This document shows positions 13,421 to 25,599 of a stretch of DNA of 64,000 bases, piece after piece. Positions within the stretch are counted from its first letter, which is position 1; every line of letters begins with the position of its first letter. The DNA comes from Oopsacas minuta. Lineage: Eukaryota > Animalia > Porifera. A model generated the notes under the pieces. The model was not told the DNA's origin. It worked only from the letters and a program-made list of their open reading frames with translations, and did not search any database. The position numbers and the translations under genes are program-made. The stretch is taken from assembly GCA_024704765.1 (NCBI GenBank), contig JAKMXF010000199.1, forward strand, positions 493,074-557,073, read 5' to 3'.

Positions 13421-15497
13421 CAGTCAAACCTCTCCATAGTGAACACCTTCGGGACCGATTTTTTTGTTCATTATAGCGAGGTGTTCATTAATGAGAGGTT
13501 ACATTGAAATAGTATAACAATGAAATTTTGATAAGCTATATGAAATGTATTATGATTTAAGTATGCAATGTTAATGTGTTTTTAGCTATTAATTAATTTT
13601 CTCCAAATAATCAGTAAGTTTTGACTGCCTTTGACATGTTCCTTCTGACATTAGCTCTTTGATTGCTGATTCAGCTTTCATTACAGCTCCAAACACCTTA
13701 CTGTCGTTATTGCTGAATGTCTTTATTACATCCAATGAATACAGTACTTCTTTTACTGTTGGAGCTTTTGAGATTGGAATATCTGAGTCGCTTTCTTCAT
13801 CCAATTCTAATGTTTCATTGTCTGCTGGTGATAAATAATTTTCTATTAGCTGTGTTTCCCAATCATCATCAGTATATGCATGCAGTAATTGTTCCTCTTC
13901 ATCGATATTCATGAAGTTAATTCCTGAACAACATTCGATTCCAAGACTGGAAGACAAATCATCAATCATATTTTGGATATTTTCTTCATGGTCAAGATTT
14001 GCGTGTTCATAGAAACCAAATCCAGCATTTGCGAAACATTTCTGAATAGTTTCAGATTTGACATTTTCCCAAGCTTGGGCTGCCCAATGCAACGCATGCT
14101 TAACTGTGATCGATTTAATTAGTCCTTGCCCAGAATCACAAGATTCAACTCTGCTTAGTACATCCATTAAGAGGATCTTCCTATAAGAAAGTTTCATAGA
14201 CTGTATAATTCCTTGATCCATTGGCTGTAATTGGGATGTACAATTTGCAGGAAAAAACTTTAACTCAATATTACTAAATACTGAATGAGGATGACTTGTA
14301 GCATTATCAATGAATACAAGAATCTTTCTCTTTTGTCGCTTCATTTTATTGTTGATATCCTTCAACCATTCTCCAAATATACTACTATCCATCCAAGCCT
14401 TTTTGTTTGCTTTCCATTGCACCGGCATTTGACTAAAGTCCATGTGTTTGAAGCACCTAGGATTCTGACTTTTCCCTATCATCAATAGTTTCAATTTTTC
14501 CGTACCCGACATATTCGCACACAAAAGAATTGTCAACCTATCCTTTGACGTCTTTGTTCCGTTGCAAATTTTGTTTTTCTCTACAAGAGACTTAGTTGGC
14601 AAAACCTTATAGTAGAGACCTGTTTCATCACAATTGAAAATATCTTCAGGGCTGTAACCACCTATTATCGTATGTAATTGTTGCTTCCATGTATCAACAG
14701 TCCCCGGATCAACACTGGCACTTTCACCGCATAGTGTCTTGAATGCTATATTGTACCTTGACCTGAACTTTTCCAACCAGCCATTAGAGGCTTTGAATGG
14801 TATACCTAGTTGTTCGGCAAAATCTATACCCTTTGCTTGTAAGATAGGTCCTGAAATTGGTATATTCTTTGATCTAGCTGTTACAAACCACTGCCAAATA
14901 AGATCATTAACTTCACAATGACTAGACAATCTAACTCGCTTCATTTGTGGGTTACAGTTTTCTTCGCAAGCCATTTGGATTTCCTGTTTCTTCTTAAGAA
15001 TGTTATTTACGGCTCCCACAGATATACCAAATCGATCAGCTACATCACGCTGGCTGTGCGTTGAGGCAAATTCTATTACATTGAGCTTTTCGGATATTGT
15101 AAGATTTTTCCTTTTTAGTGACATCACGGATAGATGGCTTAAATAACCTGAGTTGGTAGAGTAATTCTAAACTACGTATTAGTACGTTATACGTTGGCAA
15201 TTGATAACTTATTAGTATTATATGCATATGTGACATTATCTTTTCACGCTTTTCATATAACACTGTTTATTTTGTATTCAGAAACCTGACCCATGTTCAC
15301 TAATTGGAGGTTCATTCTAATTGAGATACTTATAAAATGTTCAAATAAGGTGTTCACTATTCACAGTATAGAGGTGTTCATTAAAGAGAGGTTCTTATAA
15401 ATATTATTTGATAGGGAAATATTTGGGACCAGAATATAGTGTTCACTATTTGGAGGTGTTCACTAATGAGAGGTGTTCACTATTGGAGGTTTGACTG
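13421..15497 (-). mobile_element. Intact pogo/Tigger transposon, copy A (2077 bp)
   Basis: TIRs CAGTCAAACCTC..ATAGTGAACACC at both ends, TA on both flanks, multiple TAGTGAACACC subterminal repeats, and an uninterrupted 512-aa ORF. Confidence 0.97.
13589..15127 (-). CDS. pogo/Tigger transposase, 512 aa (HTH-psq, CENP-B HTH, DDE_1; DD29D)
   Basis: KRKNLTISEK HTH, FKASNGWLEKF, IFNCDETGL, FIDNATSH, QPMDQGII; 29 residues between the last two Asp. Confidence 0.95.
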   Translation of the reverse strand: MMSLKRKNLTISEKLNVIEFASTHSQRDVADRFGISVGAVNNILKKKQEIQMACEENCNPQMKRVRLSSHCEVNDLIWQWFVTARSKNIPISGPILQAKGIDFAEQLGIPFKASNGWLEKFRSRYNIAFKTLCGESASVDPGTVDTWKQQLHTIIGGYSPEDIFNCDETGLYYKVLPTKSLVEKNKICNGTKTSKDRLTILLCANMSGTEKLKLLMIGKSQNPRCFKHMDFSQMPVQWKANKKAWMDSSIFGEWLKDINNKMKRQKRKILVFIDNATSHPHSVFSNIELKFFPANCTSQLQPMDQGIIQSMKLSYRKILLMDVLSRVESCDSGQGLIKSITVKHALHWAAQAWENVKSETIQKCFANAGFGFYEHANLDHEENIQNMIDDLSSSLGIECCSGINFMNIDEEEQLLHAYTDDDWETQLIENYLSPADNETLELDEESDSDIPISKAPTVKEVLYSLDVIKTFSNNDSKVFGAVMKAESAIKELMSEGTCQRQSKLTDYLEKIN

Positions 15498-16933
15498 TAG
15501 CATGTTGTTTTTCTCCTTGTTTTTGCTTATAGATTAGATCGTGACGAAGTTTCCACCGTTCCAGCTACTCATCAGTAGGAATACAATCAGAACCATTGGC
15601 GAGAGCAATTTCAGTTGCTTTTTTTCTCAAAATTACTCCTGAAATGCGCGGACCTTGTGTTAATTTTTGTTTAAGCCACAAAAATAGAGCATTACCAACA
15701 TATTCTTCTTTAGAGTTTCTTTGACCTTTGCGCATTCCATTACCACTATTTTCAAATTGTTCAAATATTTCGTCTTTCAATGATGCTAATCTTGATACTT
15801 GCGAAGTAGAGATACCGTACTTGACTGTTACGCTTTTCTGAGTAACACGACCTCCAACTTCGAACTCCTTTAGTAATTTAACTTTCTCCTGTTGTGCTAG
15901 ATCATTCCGTGATTTAGAAGTCGTCATGGAGAGTTGTGCTACGGTTACGATAGTTGGTAGAAAAGTAAATAATTAAAGTTTAAACAATTACTGCAACCTC
16001 AATTTTCCGTACTCCATAGGACCATTCAAAACGTTTGGATAACCAAAAGTTTGGATTATTGAGGTAATTTATGCATGGTGGAATAGGGAATGCGACCTGA
16101 GGCGGGTGAGCAAAGTTATCATCTTAGTCTTGTAAATTGTATCGAATTGGTGTTGTTGATTGTAGAATATTAAAATTCCCAGTTTTAAAACCAAACCACA
16201 TTACAATGATCATTAATAAATATACAATTTGGATTAATTGGGATTTCCATCCCAATTAACCGACTATGAAATTTCATATAATCAATTAATCGGGATAAGA
16301 AATCTCGATTAACCGATTAGTAACTTCATATAATTGGTTAATCGGGATAAGAAATCCCAATTGAACCGATTAGGAACTTTCAAATTTTCAATTAATCGGG
16401 AAAAAAATCCCGATTAATCGATTCGAAGTCCCAATTATCCGACGAGTTTTCTATGTAAAAATCTGTTCCCCAACTTTTGTCCCGTTTAAGCGGATATCCC
16501 GATTATCCGAGTCCCGATTAAGCGGCTTCCACTGTATAGAGATTTAGTAGATTTGTACAAGAATTTTAGCTGAGACACTTACTGATTATGAGTCCAATCG
16601 CCTAAACACCGAAAGTACGACCATTATGTGGTGTAAATCAATAGTTCTTATTCAAGCGAACAGGGATTTCAGTACAGTCTATATACATAATTACATGTTT
16701 TCTCCTTTCCAAATTATTCAAGTGTACATTGACTATCTAAACTCGCGAGCCGAACGAGCGAGAAATATTTTGTAGATATATACGGTTCTGGCCAATGTAG
16801 AGGGGAAATGAGAGCTCCTTACAGGGATATGACACAAATATATATATATTTTACAGGTAAGAAACAAGTATAATTTTTGAAAATTCGCATGAATGTTTGT
16901 ATTGATTAGAGAAACGCATGAACTGTAATCGGT

Positions 16934-16954
16934 AGAGAGAGAGAGAGAGAGAGA
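16934..16954. repeat. (AG)n microsatellite
   Basis: About 10 AG units, directly visible. Confidence 0.9.
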
Positions 16955-17289
16955 AAATTTAGTGAGTACGGGTCGCCCGTGCTCACTAAATTTATGGCCC
17001 CTTGCCCACTCGACGCTACTGCGTGTAAGTACGAGGCGCAAGGAGGGGGGTGACGGTCCGGTTTAAGGCCGGTATGTCCCCCTCAATGTCAATCTACATC
17101 TTAGACAGCAGTTAGTCCAACTTTTCCAGGGATTTCCCAAGTATTCAGCTCATTTGGATTGTCCCGTACAACATGTCAAGAACAAGATTGTCTTCGAGTT
17201 GATAAATGCTTGGAACGTCCTCGAAAGCATTGTTTTATGGAAATACTATGTATCACCTATACACCTCCTCCTATGATGTGGAATACCTG

Positions 17290-17780
17290 AGCAGGTCTCT
17301 ACGTAAATTTTAAGATTTCAACCATTCGTTTACTGTAATTGTCATAAAAACAACAACAAATTTTACACAAGAGAATTTAAAAAATCCCAAAAATCAGTTT
17401 CAGCTAACTTTGTTACCCCATGGTAGTAGGTATCTACGTATATTTTAAGATTTCAACTATTTATTACTTTATATTCATAAAAACAGCAATTTGCATATGA
17501 ATAGCTAAAATTTCAAAATTAGGATTCAGTACAACTGATTACCTTGTATGTCTGTTGAGAGCAAGTCTCTCGTATATTTAGAAATTTCAGCTATTAGTTT
17601 TGTTTATATAAAGAAAAAATAAGGATTTTGCTTATGAGAATATAGAAAATCCGAAATTTAGTTTCAGGGTACTTAGTTACCCCTGGGTAACCGTTTGGAG
17701 CAAGCCTGTATGAAATTTTATTATTTGGCTAATTTGTTTACTTTATATTGATAAAAATACCAATACATTTACATATAATT
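17290..17780. repeat. Degenerate ~135-bp tandem repeat, about 3.5 units
   Basis: TCTCTACGTAAATTTTAAGATTTCAAC-like motif at ~17297, ~17432, ~17567 and ~17706. Confidence 0.65.
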
Positions 17781-17825
17781 AACCCAAAAGCGTGAAAATC
17801 GGATTTAGCATGTTCGATATGCGTA

Positions 17826-20039
17826 CAGTCGAACCTCCGAGATCCGGGCAGTGTGGGACCAGAGGGTGCCCGGATCTTAGAATTTGCCCGGATCTCGGAA
17901 ATATCAATATTTTCATGGTTTTGCCTGAGCATATACACTTGTTATTGTTCCAAGTTCTCTTAAAACCTAACTACTACTACTAACTTGTGTATGTTTAATA
18001 CTCACCTATGAATTACTTCACTCTTTATATTTACACATACTGGATTAAGATATCGGTATTATACTTCTAAGATACGGGTCTAGAATGTAGATACTATATT
18101 TAACGAAATGTTTTAAATTTCCTCATATATGATATACACAGTGTTCAATCTAATTACTTAGAACTAATCATTCATAGCAACTGTACCCAAGAGGAAAAGA
18201 CGTGATATCACTATTGAAAAGAAGCTGGAAATAATTGGCGAACTTGGTAAAGGGAAGTCACAAAGGGTGGTTGCAGATATATTCCAAGTTGAGAAATCAA
18301 CTATTAACAATATTTGGAGAGATAAAGAGAAAATTAAGCGTTACATTACAATAAATGATAATCCGACTTTAGTAAAGAAACGATGCATTATCGAAAAATA
18401 CAGTTTGAAGATTTAGATAAGGCATGCAACATATGGTTTCTCCAGCAACGCTCAAAAGGTGCACCAATATCAGGTCCCCTACTTCAGGAGAAAGCACTAC
18501 AATTATTTCCCAAGCTTTACCCCCATCATGAGGTTGGAACATTCAAGGGCAGCTCTGGTTGGTTACACAAGTTCTGTAGGCGCCACGGTATATGTGCAAT
18601 TCAACTTCAAGGAGAATCACTGTTAGCCAATACCTCAGCTATTCAACCATTTAAATGTGACTTGTTAAAAATAATTGAAATAAGAGGATACACTAAAGAT
18701 CAAATTTTTAACGCAGATGAAACTGGTTTGTGGTGACGAATGTTGCCCTTAAGGTCGCTAGTTTCAGTTGATGAAAGAAATCCAAAGAATTTTAAGCAAT
18801 CAAAGGATAGGGTAACCATACTTGCATGTGCAAATGCCTCTGGAAGTTGTCGTCTCCCTTTGACGTTTATCCACAAGAGTAGTAAACCTCGATGTTTCAA
18901 GCACATGCACATAGAAAGTCTTCCTGTTCATTACTTCGCACAACATAAATCATGGATGGATTCCAAGGTGTTTTTAGATTGGTTTTAACTTAAGTTTGTA
19001 ACACACGTGAAGCAATTTTGTCGCGAAGTAGGTATAGAATGTAAAATTCTACTTCTCCTCGATAATTCCCCAGCTCATCTCTCTGCTGATAAACTACAGT
19101 CTGAAGATAGGACAGTAACTGCCATGTTTTTACCTGCCAACACGACATCACTCATACAACCTATGGACCAAGGCATTTTAGAATCAGTGAAAAGGAGATA
19201 CAAAAATTACTCTTGCGTCACCTCATTCTTGAAGAAAAAACATCACATCTACCTATTCCTGCAGTTTTAAAAGAGCTAACAATACAACATTCAGTATATT
19301 GGGCAGCACAAGCATGGAGTGAAACAACCACTGATTGTTTATCACGGGGTTGGAATAACCTACTCAGACCAGATGATAATATGATGACTACGAGAGGTAT
19401 AGACTCAGACGCTGAATCAGCTGAAATTTCTGGACTATTCCAGGAATTGGGTTCTTCAGATACAGAAGATTGGTTAAAAGATGATTATCTTGATCCGGGA
19501 TTTGAAATCATAACTGATGAAGAAATTGTTTCCCATGTTCAAAACGAGAGAACTGAAACAGAACTTGATCCTGACTCGGATAATGAACAATTCAAAGCTT
19601 AGTGACACCTTCAGAGGCATATAAAGCTTTAGGTGTTGCACTGCAATGGCTGGAGTCTTTGGGTGATGTTGATATCGAGCACTTGCTACTCGTCAAGAGA
19701 TGGAGAGATAGGGCTGCCGGGGCAAGAACATATACCCAATCATCAATTCGTCAGTTTCCTAATCATTAGATTCACATCATATTTCATATTCACACATATG
19801 ATATGGACAATAGTCACAATACGTACCAATAAATAGTATATACGTATTTCTAAGTTATGAGTAATTACATTGGGATGGACTACCAGGTTAGAAATGCGTT
19901 TGACATTAATTACTGTCAAGTCTTGAGATAGGGTAAAATTGTATAAAATTGGGATGTAATTTTAAATTGAAACAAAAATGGGTGCCCAGTTGAGGGAAGT
20001 GCCCGTATCTTGGAGGTCCGGATCTCGAAGGTTCGACTG
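17826..20039 (+). mobile_element. pogo/Tigger (Jerky-like) transposon, pseudogenised (DD34D spacing)
   Basis: TIRs CAGTCGAACCTCCGAGATCCGG and CCGGATCTCGAAGGTTCGACTG, TA-flanked. Fragments PKRKRRDITIEKK, GSSGWLHKFCRRHG, IFNADETG, LLDNSPAH..QPMDQG over ~18175-19800, with stops and frameshifts. Confidence 0.92.
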
Positions 20040-20938
20040 TATTGGTGGAGTTTTATTGAATTCTATTAACTTCCTTGATAAACACTATAAATACATAGTT
20101 TTACGACAATAATAAAATTGCATGGCGTAAATCCTTTCCTTGACAACGGTCAAATAGACAAACAAAATATACAGAGAAACACCCAACAATTGAGATTTAA
20201 TGATATAGATACTATTGATGTGTAAATATCCTGTTGTTTTTTTGAATATGTGTCACAATTAGGAACATCCCAAAATGTACATTGATACTAGCTCTCAACG
20301 GCTACAAAGAAGGTTGATCTTACAAAATAATTCAATAACATATAAGCCATATAAGTATATTTGTGAACTACATTGTTCTAAATATATCTATATTATAATA
20401 CTTAAAGGGCCGTCAATTTGGAGGATAATGGATACCTCGAGGCGGAATGGACGAGCTAAAGGCTAGTAGATATGTATATTCACATATTATTGCAATTTAC
20501 TAATATAGGCGTATTTGAGAAAATGTCTCATTCTTATCCACCCACTAGTAGTATTTCTCGTGTTTCAGAAGTATATATAGTAATTGCTAATTTTTATAAT
20601 TATATACGGTATAGCTGTTAGCGCATTGACGAAGCTCTGCAGCGTTGCTATTTACCAAACAACAATACCGAAGTAGGGACTACCTATAGCTACTCTACAT
20701 GGATGGAGGTGGTTGGTAGCTTACCGTACTTGTTAATAAGACTTTCAGGATTATGTGCTCGATTTGTTTCGGCGCCAAATTCACCTCATTCTTTGTGTCT
20801 AGTCTTGCCGGTTGTTGCGCCAATCCGAACTTTCTGAAGCGTGTAGATATGAGGCGCGAGGGGGGTCTTGACAGTTTGGTTTGAGGCTCGCATATTACTG
20901 AGGGAACTTAGACCTATATTTCTGTGTTAGTTCTATGG

Positions 20939-21551
20939 CGAGCGTTTCTTAACCTTTTCATGCCTCAGCACCCGTGTAATCAGTCCTAGCAATTGAGCAC
21001 CCCTTACATGGAACTACAAGTATTACAGTGCCCCTGTGTAACAAGGATGAAATATGACAAGAAATGCACTGTTTGATAATTGATTGTATTAACTTAGATT
21101 ATTCCATAAAATCATCACCCCACTTGTGTATTTTTGACATTCTTAGAATTTACTGATACCAAAATCACAAAAATACTGATATGGAATCCAGTTCCATGGA
21201 ACAAATCGGTTTTACTTTACGCATAGTTTTATTTTTCAGCTTATGGGTCCGTTTTAGATACCGATTTCCTAAATGGAATTTCAGTTCAATGGAACTTGAT
21301 TCCATACCAGTTAATTATTCCCTGTTACAAACCTGTGACAGATAAGAACTCAAGTAAGTAACGCAGAAAGGAATATAAGTTAAATATAACTAATTTAAAG
21401 CTATACATTACTATAATTAGTAAAGACAGCTGAATGTTTCGATACTCATCCCGAAGCATCTCCCAGCCTGAAATGCTATCTAGAATCTAAATATAAACAT
21501 CGTTTAGCACATAGTTGAATCCTTATCCTCACTCCAGGTTGAGAAACGCTG
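20939..21551. mobile_element. Non-autonomous hAT (Charlie-type ends), about 610 bp
   Basis: Ends C(G)AGCGTTTCTTAACC and GGTTGAGAAACGCTG; flanking 8-mers TTCTATGG and CTCTATGG (7/8 match). Confidence 0.75.
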
Positions 21552-21899
21552 CTCTATGGGTTCGAAAACAAACGAAGGGTGCTTGAGCCCTTCCTGCCCC
21601 CACCAAACTCGTTAAGGACTTAGTGATTTAGTGATCGATGCCCCTATAACACTAGCGATATGGCGATGGGAAGGGAGGAAGTTTCTTCGGTTATGACGCT
21701 AGCAAGTCATAAACGCTAACGTTTTACGTACACTAGCGTTTTGGAGATACTCTGTTCTGTGCCGAATACTAGCGATGCAGGAAATAAATCCTCTGAGACA
21801 ACACCTTACGCAGTGATATCCTTTTCGCTCATTACAGTAAGAATATGAACCAACACTACGACCTTGGAGGACATAAGGAAATTGTGGATATTTTAGGCA

Positions 21900-24790
21900 T
21901 TCCTCGAAATTGCTAATATTGAATATTTCGTCGGATATTATCCAAATGTGTACAAGTGTTCTGATCTTATTTTGTTCCAGTCAATTTATTTAATTTGCAT
22001 TGTCTCAGAAATTCATAGACCAACTGACATGAGAATTCTGGATGTTGGCCTCCTAGCAGAGGTATTTTCTACCTTTCATTGCAGCGAATGTGTTGTAAGT
22101 CTTTCCCTTTACAAAGAAAAATGGATTAATGGATTCAAACATACAGATAATGGATCATACATATCCGTAGAGTGCTATGGCTGTACACTCTATTGGTATG
22201 TGGAAGCGTAATCTTCACAAGCTATCTACAATATTCGATATGCCCCCACCAGTTTAGAGCATGCTATCTCCATATCTGAACCGTCTGGAAACTGTTACAA
22301 ATGTTGTAGTAGGGCTGCCATGTCTGATGGCGCTAAACAGCTTCGCCAAAGATCAGGCTGTGAAGTATCACCTGAATCTAATGCTACCAAAGTAACCGTG
22401 GGCTTTGATAGTTCCTGGAAGACCAGAGATTCTATTCCAACATAGGATTCGGTGCTGTTATATCTACAGACACCAAGAAGGTACTTGACTACGAAATCAT
22501 GAATCGTTTCTCTGAGAAGTGCTCTATATGGACAGAGGAGAAACAGAAAGATCGGCCATCCGAATACGAGAAGTGGTTAGAACGTCATAATCCAAACTGC
22601 AATCGAAACTACACTGGATCTTCTCAAAGTATGGACCCGAAATAGCGAAGAGGACTTGGGACGCTCGTTAGAGAAGAACCACCTGGCATGCTCGGTTTTT
22701 ACCAGATATGGAGATTCAGCAAGTGGGAGAACTAAATCCATCCAATCTTGTGAAGATTCGAGGAGAGGAATGTAAAAAGCATATAGTCAAACGTGTGAAG
22801 AAGAAGAAGTATGAACATAATACTTTTGTACAACTCGCGCTATCTGAATGGAAGGTTGAGTAAATTGCGGCAAATTACTCTACTGTCATCTATCAACACT
22901 TTGGTTTATCATCAGTCAAGCTGTGTCCTGCTTTACAAATACTAGTTGATAATTGTGCAGGGGATCATTCTGGCTGTCTAACTGGAGAAATCATGGTATC
23001 GGTGGAGAAACCCATCAGGTTCTTCAGCACCGATGCTCTGACAACCTTCAAAACCAATTGACATAGAAAAGGTGAAGGAAATGTTCAATACTTGTGCAAA
23101 AGAAGAAATTTGTAACCATCTGACATTAAGACTGAATCAAAATGCTAATGAATCCTTGCATAACATTATATGGAGTCTCTCTCCCAAAAGAAAGAACTTA
23201 TCACCTCAATCTATTTAGGATTAGTACTGCTATCGCTGTCCTAACCTTTAACGAAGTGGAATCTTCATGGCCTCTCTCCCTCTTTGATGACTTGTAGTGC
23301 AATTATGAAACGAGAATACAGGGTGTTTCACAATTGATGTCGTATTTTATAAATTTGTTTGTTATGCAACCATGCAATGCCTGTGTATTTAAACTTGCAA
23401 TCGTAATTATCTTACAGGGTTCTATTAAGTAATTATTTCATTCATCAGTCAGAACATTTTATAGCTTCTATTTCCATATCCTATTTGGGCTAATTATTTG
23501 CATAATATAATGGTGATACAGTATCATGATTCGTCACAGGCTGTTGGCATGCTACAAGCTGGCTCTTCTCAGAGGTTTGCGTCTCTTAAACTTGGGGTTA
23601 ACATCCGTACAGCTCAGCGTTGGTGGTGACTTTTCAAGAATGATTTGACATTAGAAAGCAAAGGGGGACGTGGCCGTAAATCATCCATATCGAAAGTTGC
23701 CAAGATTGTAATTACTAAATCATTGGCAAAAAACGACAGTCTGTACGTGGTCTATCCAAGAAATTGAAGTTGAAAGGTCATTCTTATCTCAGAGTACAGT
23801 GTACCGTTATTTGACAAAAGAAAAGGGCGTAAAATCTTACAAACGCCAGCGGCAGCCGTTGATAACAAAGAAAAACATGGCTGCTAGTTAAAATTTTGTA
23901 AAGAACGTGTCAATTGGACAGCAAATGATTGGAAAAACATATTATTTACAGATGAATCACCATTTGAGTTAAATCATCCCCTAAACAGGAAAAATTATTG
24001 TGTTTGGGCGAGAAACACATTGGATGTCGAACCCGTTCAGATGGTGAAATTTCCAAAGAAATTCAAGTATGGTGTATGATGTCACATAGTGCACTCTCAT
24101 AGTTACACTTCCTTCCCGTTGGACAAACTGTATCTGCAGAGTACTATGTTAGTGAGATACTGGGTAAAACTTTAATGTCTAGAACGAGCAGAAAGCGAGA
24201 AATGGCACAGTTGTTGAGAGGAAAATGTTAAAAATATGTCCCGTGTGATATTGTAACAAGATGGCGCTCCAGCTCACACGGCAAACATGACACAAAATTG
24301 GTTGAGAAGTAACCTAAAGAGTTTTGGGCGAAAGGTACCTGGCCAGCCAACTCTCCAGACCTGAGTCCTATTGAGAACATATGGTCGATTTTGAAAGATG
24401 ATCTAGATTCAATAGATGAGTTAAAAGACATAAAAATGTTGGAAAATTGACTGAAAACAGCATGGTCCAATATTTCACCAGAGGTTTTGGACAAATTGAT
24501 GGATAGACTGCCAAAACGAATTCATAAGTGTATTGAACTTAGTGGTGGATATATTGGCAAATAATTGTAGTAATATATCTAGTTATCTATTAGTTATGTA
24601 GTATTGTATAACACGACATCAATTGTGAAACACCCTGCACTGTTTAGAATATTCTCGATGAGCTCAGAAGAGTCGAAATATCAAAGACGAAGAATAAGAG
24701 CGAGACTATTTAAGCAACAAAGAGAGAATGCCTTATTGAAAGCAGAAGGCGGACGAAGCTATGAAGGGAAGAAGTTTGGGGCTGAGAATT
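21900..24790 (+). pseudogene. Mutator-like (PF20700-type, possibly Kolobok) transposase relic, split by a Tc1 at 23319-24637
   Basis: FHCSEC...VECYGC, VTVGFDSSWKTR/IGFGAVISTDTKKVLDYEIMNRFSEKC, EECKKHIVKRV, LNQNANESLHNIIWSLSPK. After the Tc1 the reading continues as ...RRRIRARLFKQQRENALLKAEGGRSYEGKKF. Confidence 0.75.
23319..24637 (+). mobile_element. Tc1-like DD37E transposon, degenerate (1319 bp)
   Basis: TIRs CAGGGTGTTTCACAATTGATGTCGT and ACGACATCAATTGTGAAACACCCTG; TA left, CA right. LFTDESPF and QDGAPAH...WPANSPDLSPIE with 37 residues from D to E after one frameshift correction. Confidence 0.92.
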
Positions 24791-25599
24791 CCCCAAAGAG
24801 GAAATGTGCCAGGGCTCAGGGGGCAGATCGATATAACAGGTAGGGGAGGTACAGGAGTGAAGAGAAGTGTGTGGGAGCGTGGCTTTTCTCCTGTTTCCAC
24901 ACGATATACATGCCAAATATCGTGTCTTAATATCTAAAGGTGTTAACAGAAGATAAATAAGACAGCAAGTAACACCAAAAGATCAAAGGACACGAAATGT
25001 TCGTAGGCCGCATTGAGCAAGCGCGCGCAGCTTGCTTCTCCAGTCAATGATCAATTTGTGAAGGGGCCGAAGATACCTAGAAAGAGTCTTCTGTAGGAGC
25101 TAGCAGAATCCGCGCATGGAGGGCGATTTTCGGCTAGTAATATTTATAATACATCTCAAATTATTCATTATCTATTGGTACTAGTCAAGAGACCATCCAA
25201 ACTGTAATTACTTAAAAGAATATGTTTGGAGAATACAGACCGACAACTTCGAGTAGATAAATCGTTTCGTATTTAAATACACACACGTTATACTACATAG
25301 TTATATACGTCCCGAATTATTCATGATTAATCAGTTCGAGTCAAGAGACCATCCAAACTGTAATTCCCCAAATATGTTTGGAGAATGATAAAGTTCGACA
25401 ACTGCGATGGGAGTAGATTGATCTCGCCAATGGTTGGCCTAGCCCTGTTAATACATGGTTATACTAAGGTAGCAAGTATAACTTTGCACGAACCATATAT
25501 TTGGTTAGTGCAAAATGTAAAAGGTAGATGAAAGAGAATTTATAATCTGATTCTCTGGAAGCCATGTTAGAGTAACTCTACATAGCTTGCCGGGTAAAC

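Larger units (their letters stand above)
12043..16534 (-). mobile_element. Old pogo/Tigger transposon (about 2.4 kb net) hosting a nested intact Tigger
   Basis: TIRs CAGTGGAAGCCGGTTAATTGGGAC and GTCCCGATTAAGCGGCTTCCACTG, TA-flanked. The transposase starts at 15927 (HTH, MTTSKSRNDL...), reads through the insertion TA as ...GEKQHA|SIEWSEDW, then IFNAEETG and PANTTSIMQPMD. It carries stops and frameshifts. Repeated TTAATCGGGA subterminal motifs at 16250-16530. Confidence 0.9.

Noticed and set aside
13099-13446. ORF MFTMERFDCSIEW... as a separate gene (also 31657-31860)
   Set aside because: Chimeric reading from the Tigger TIR into flanking sequence; the rest is the interrupted host transposase.
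15045-15263. Conserved small ORFs shared by both Tigger copies (72, 60, 65 and 67 aa)
   Set aside because: They are identical only because the elements are identical; they are shadow or overlapping frames with no motif.
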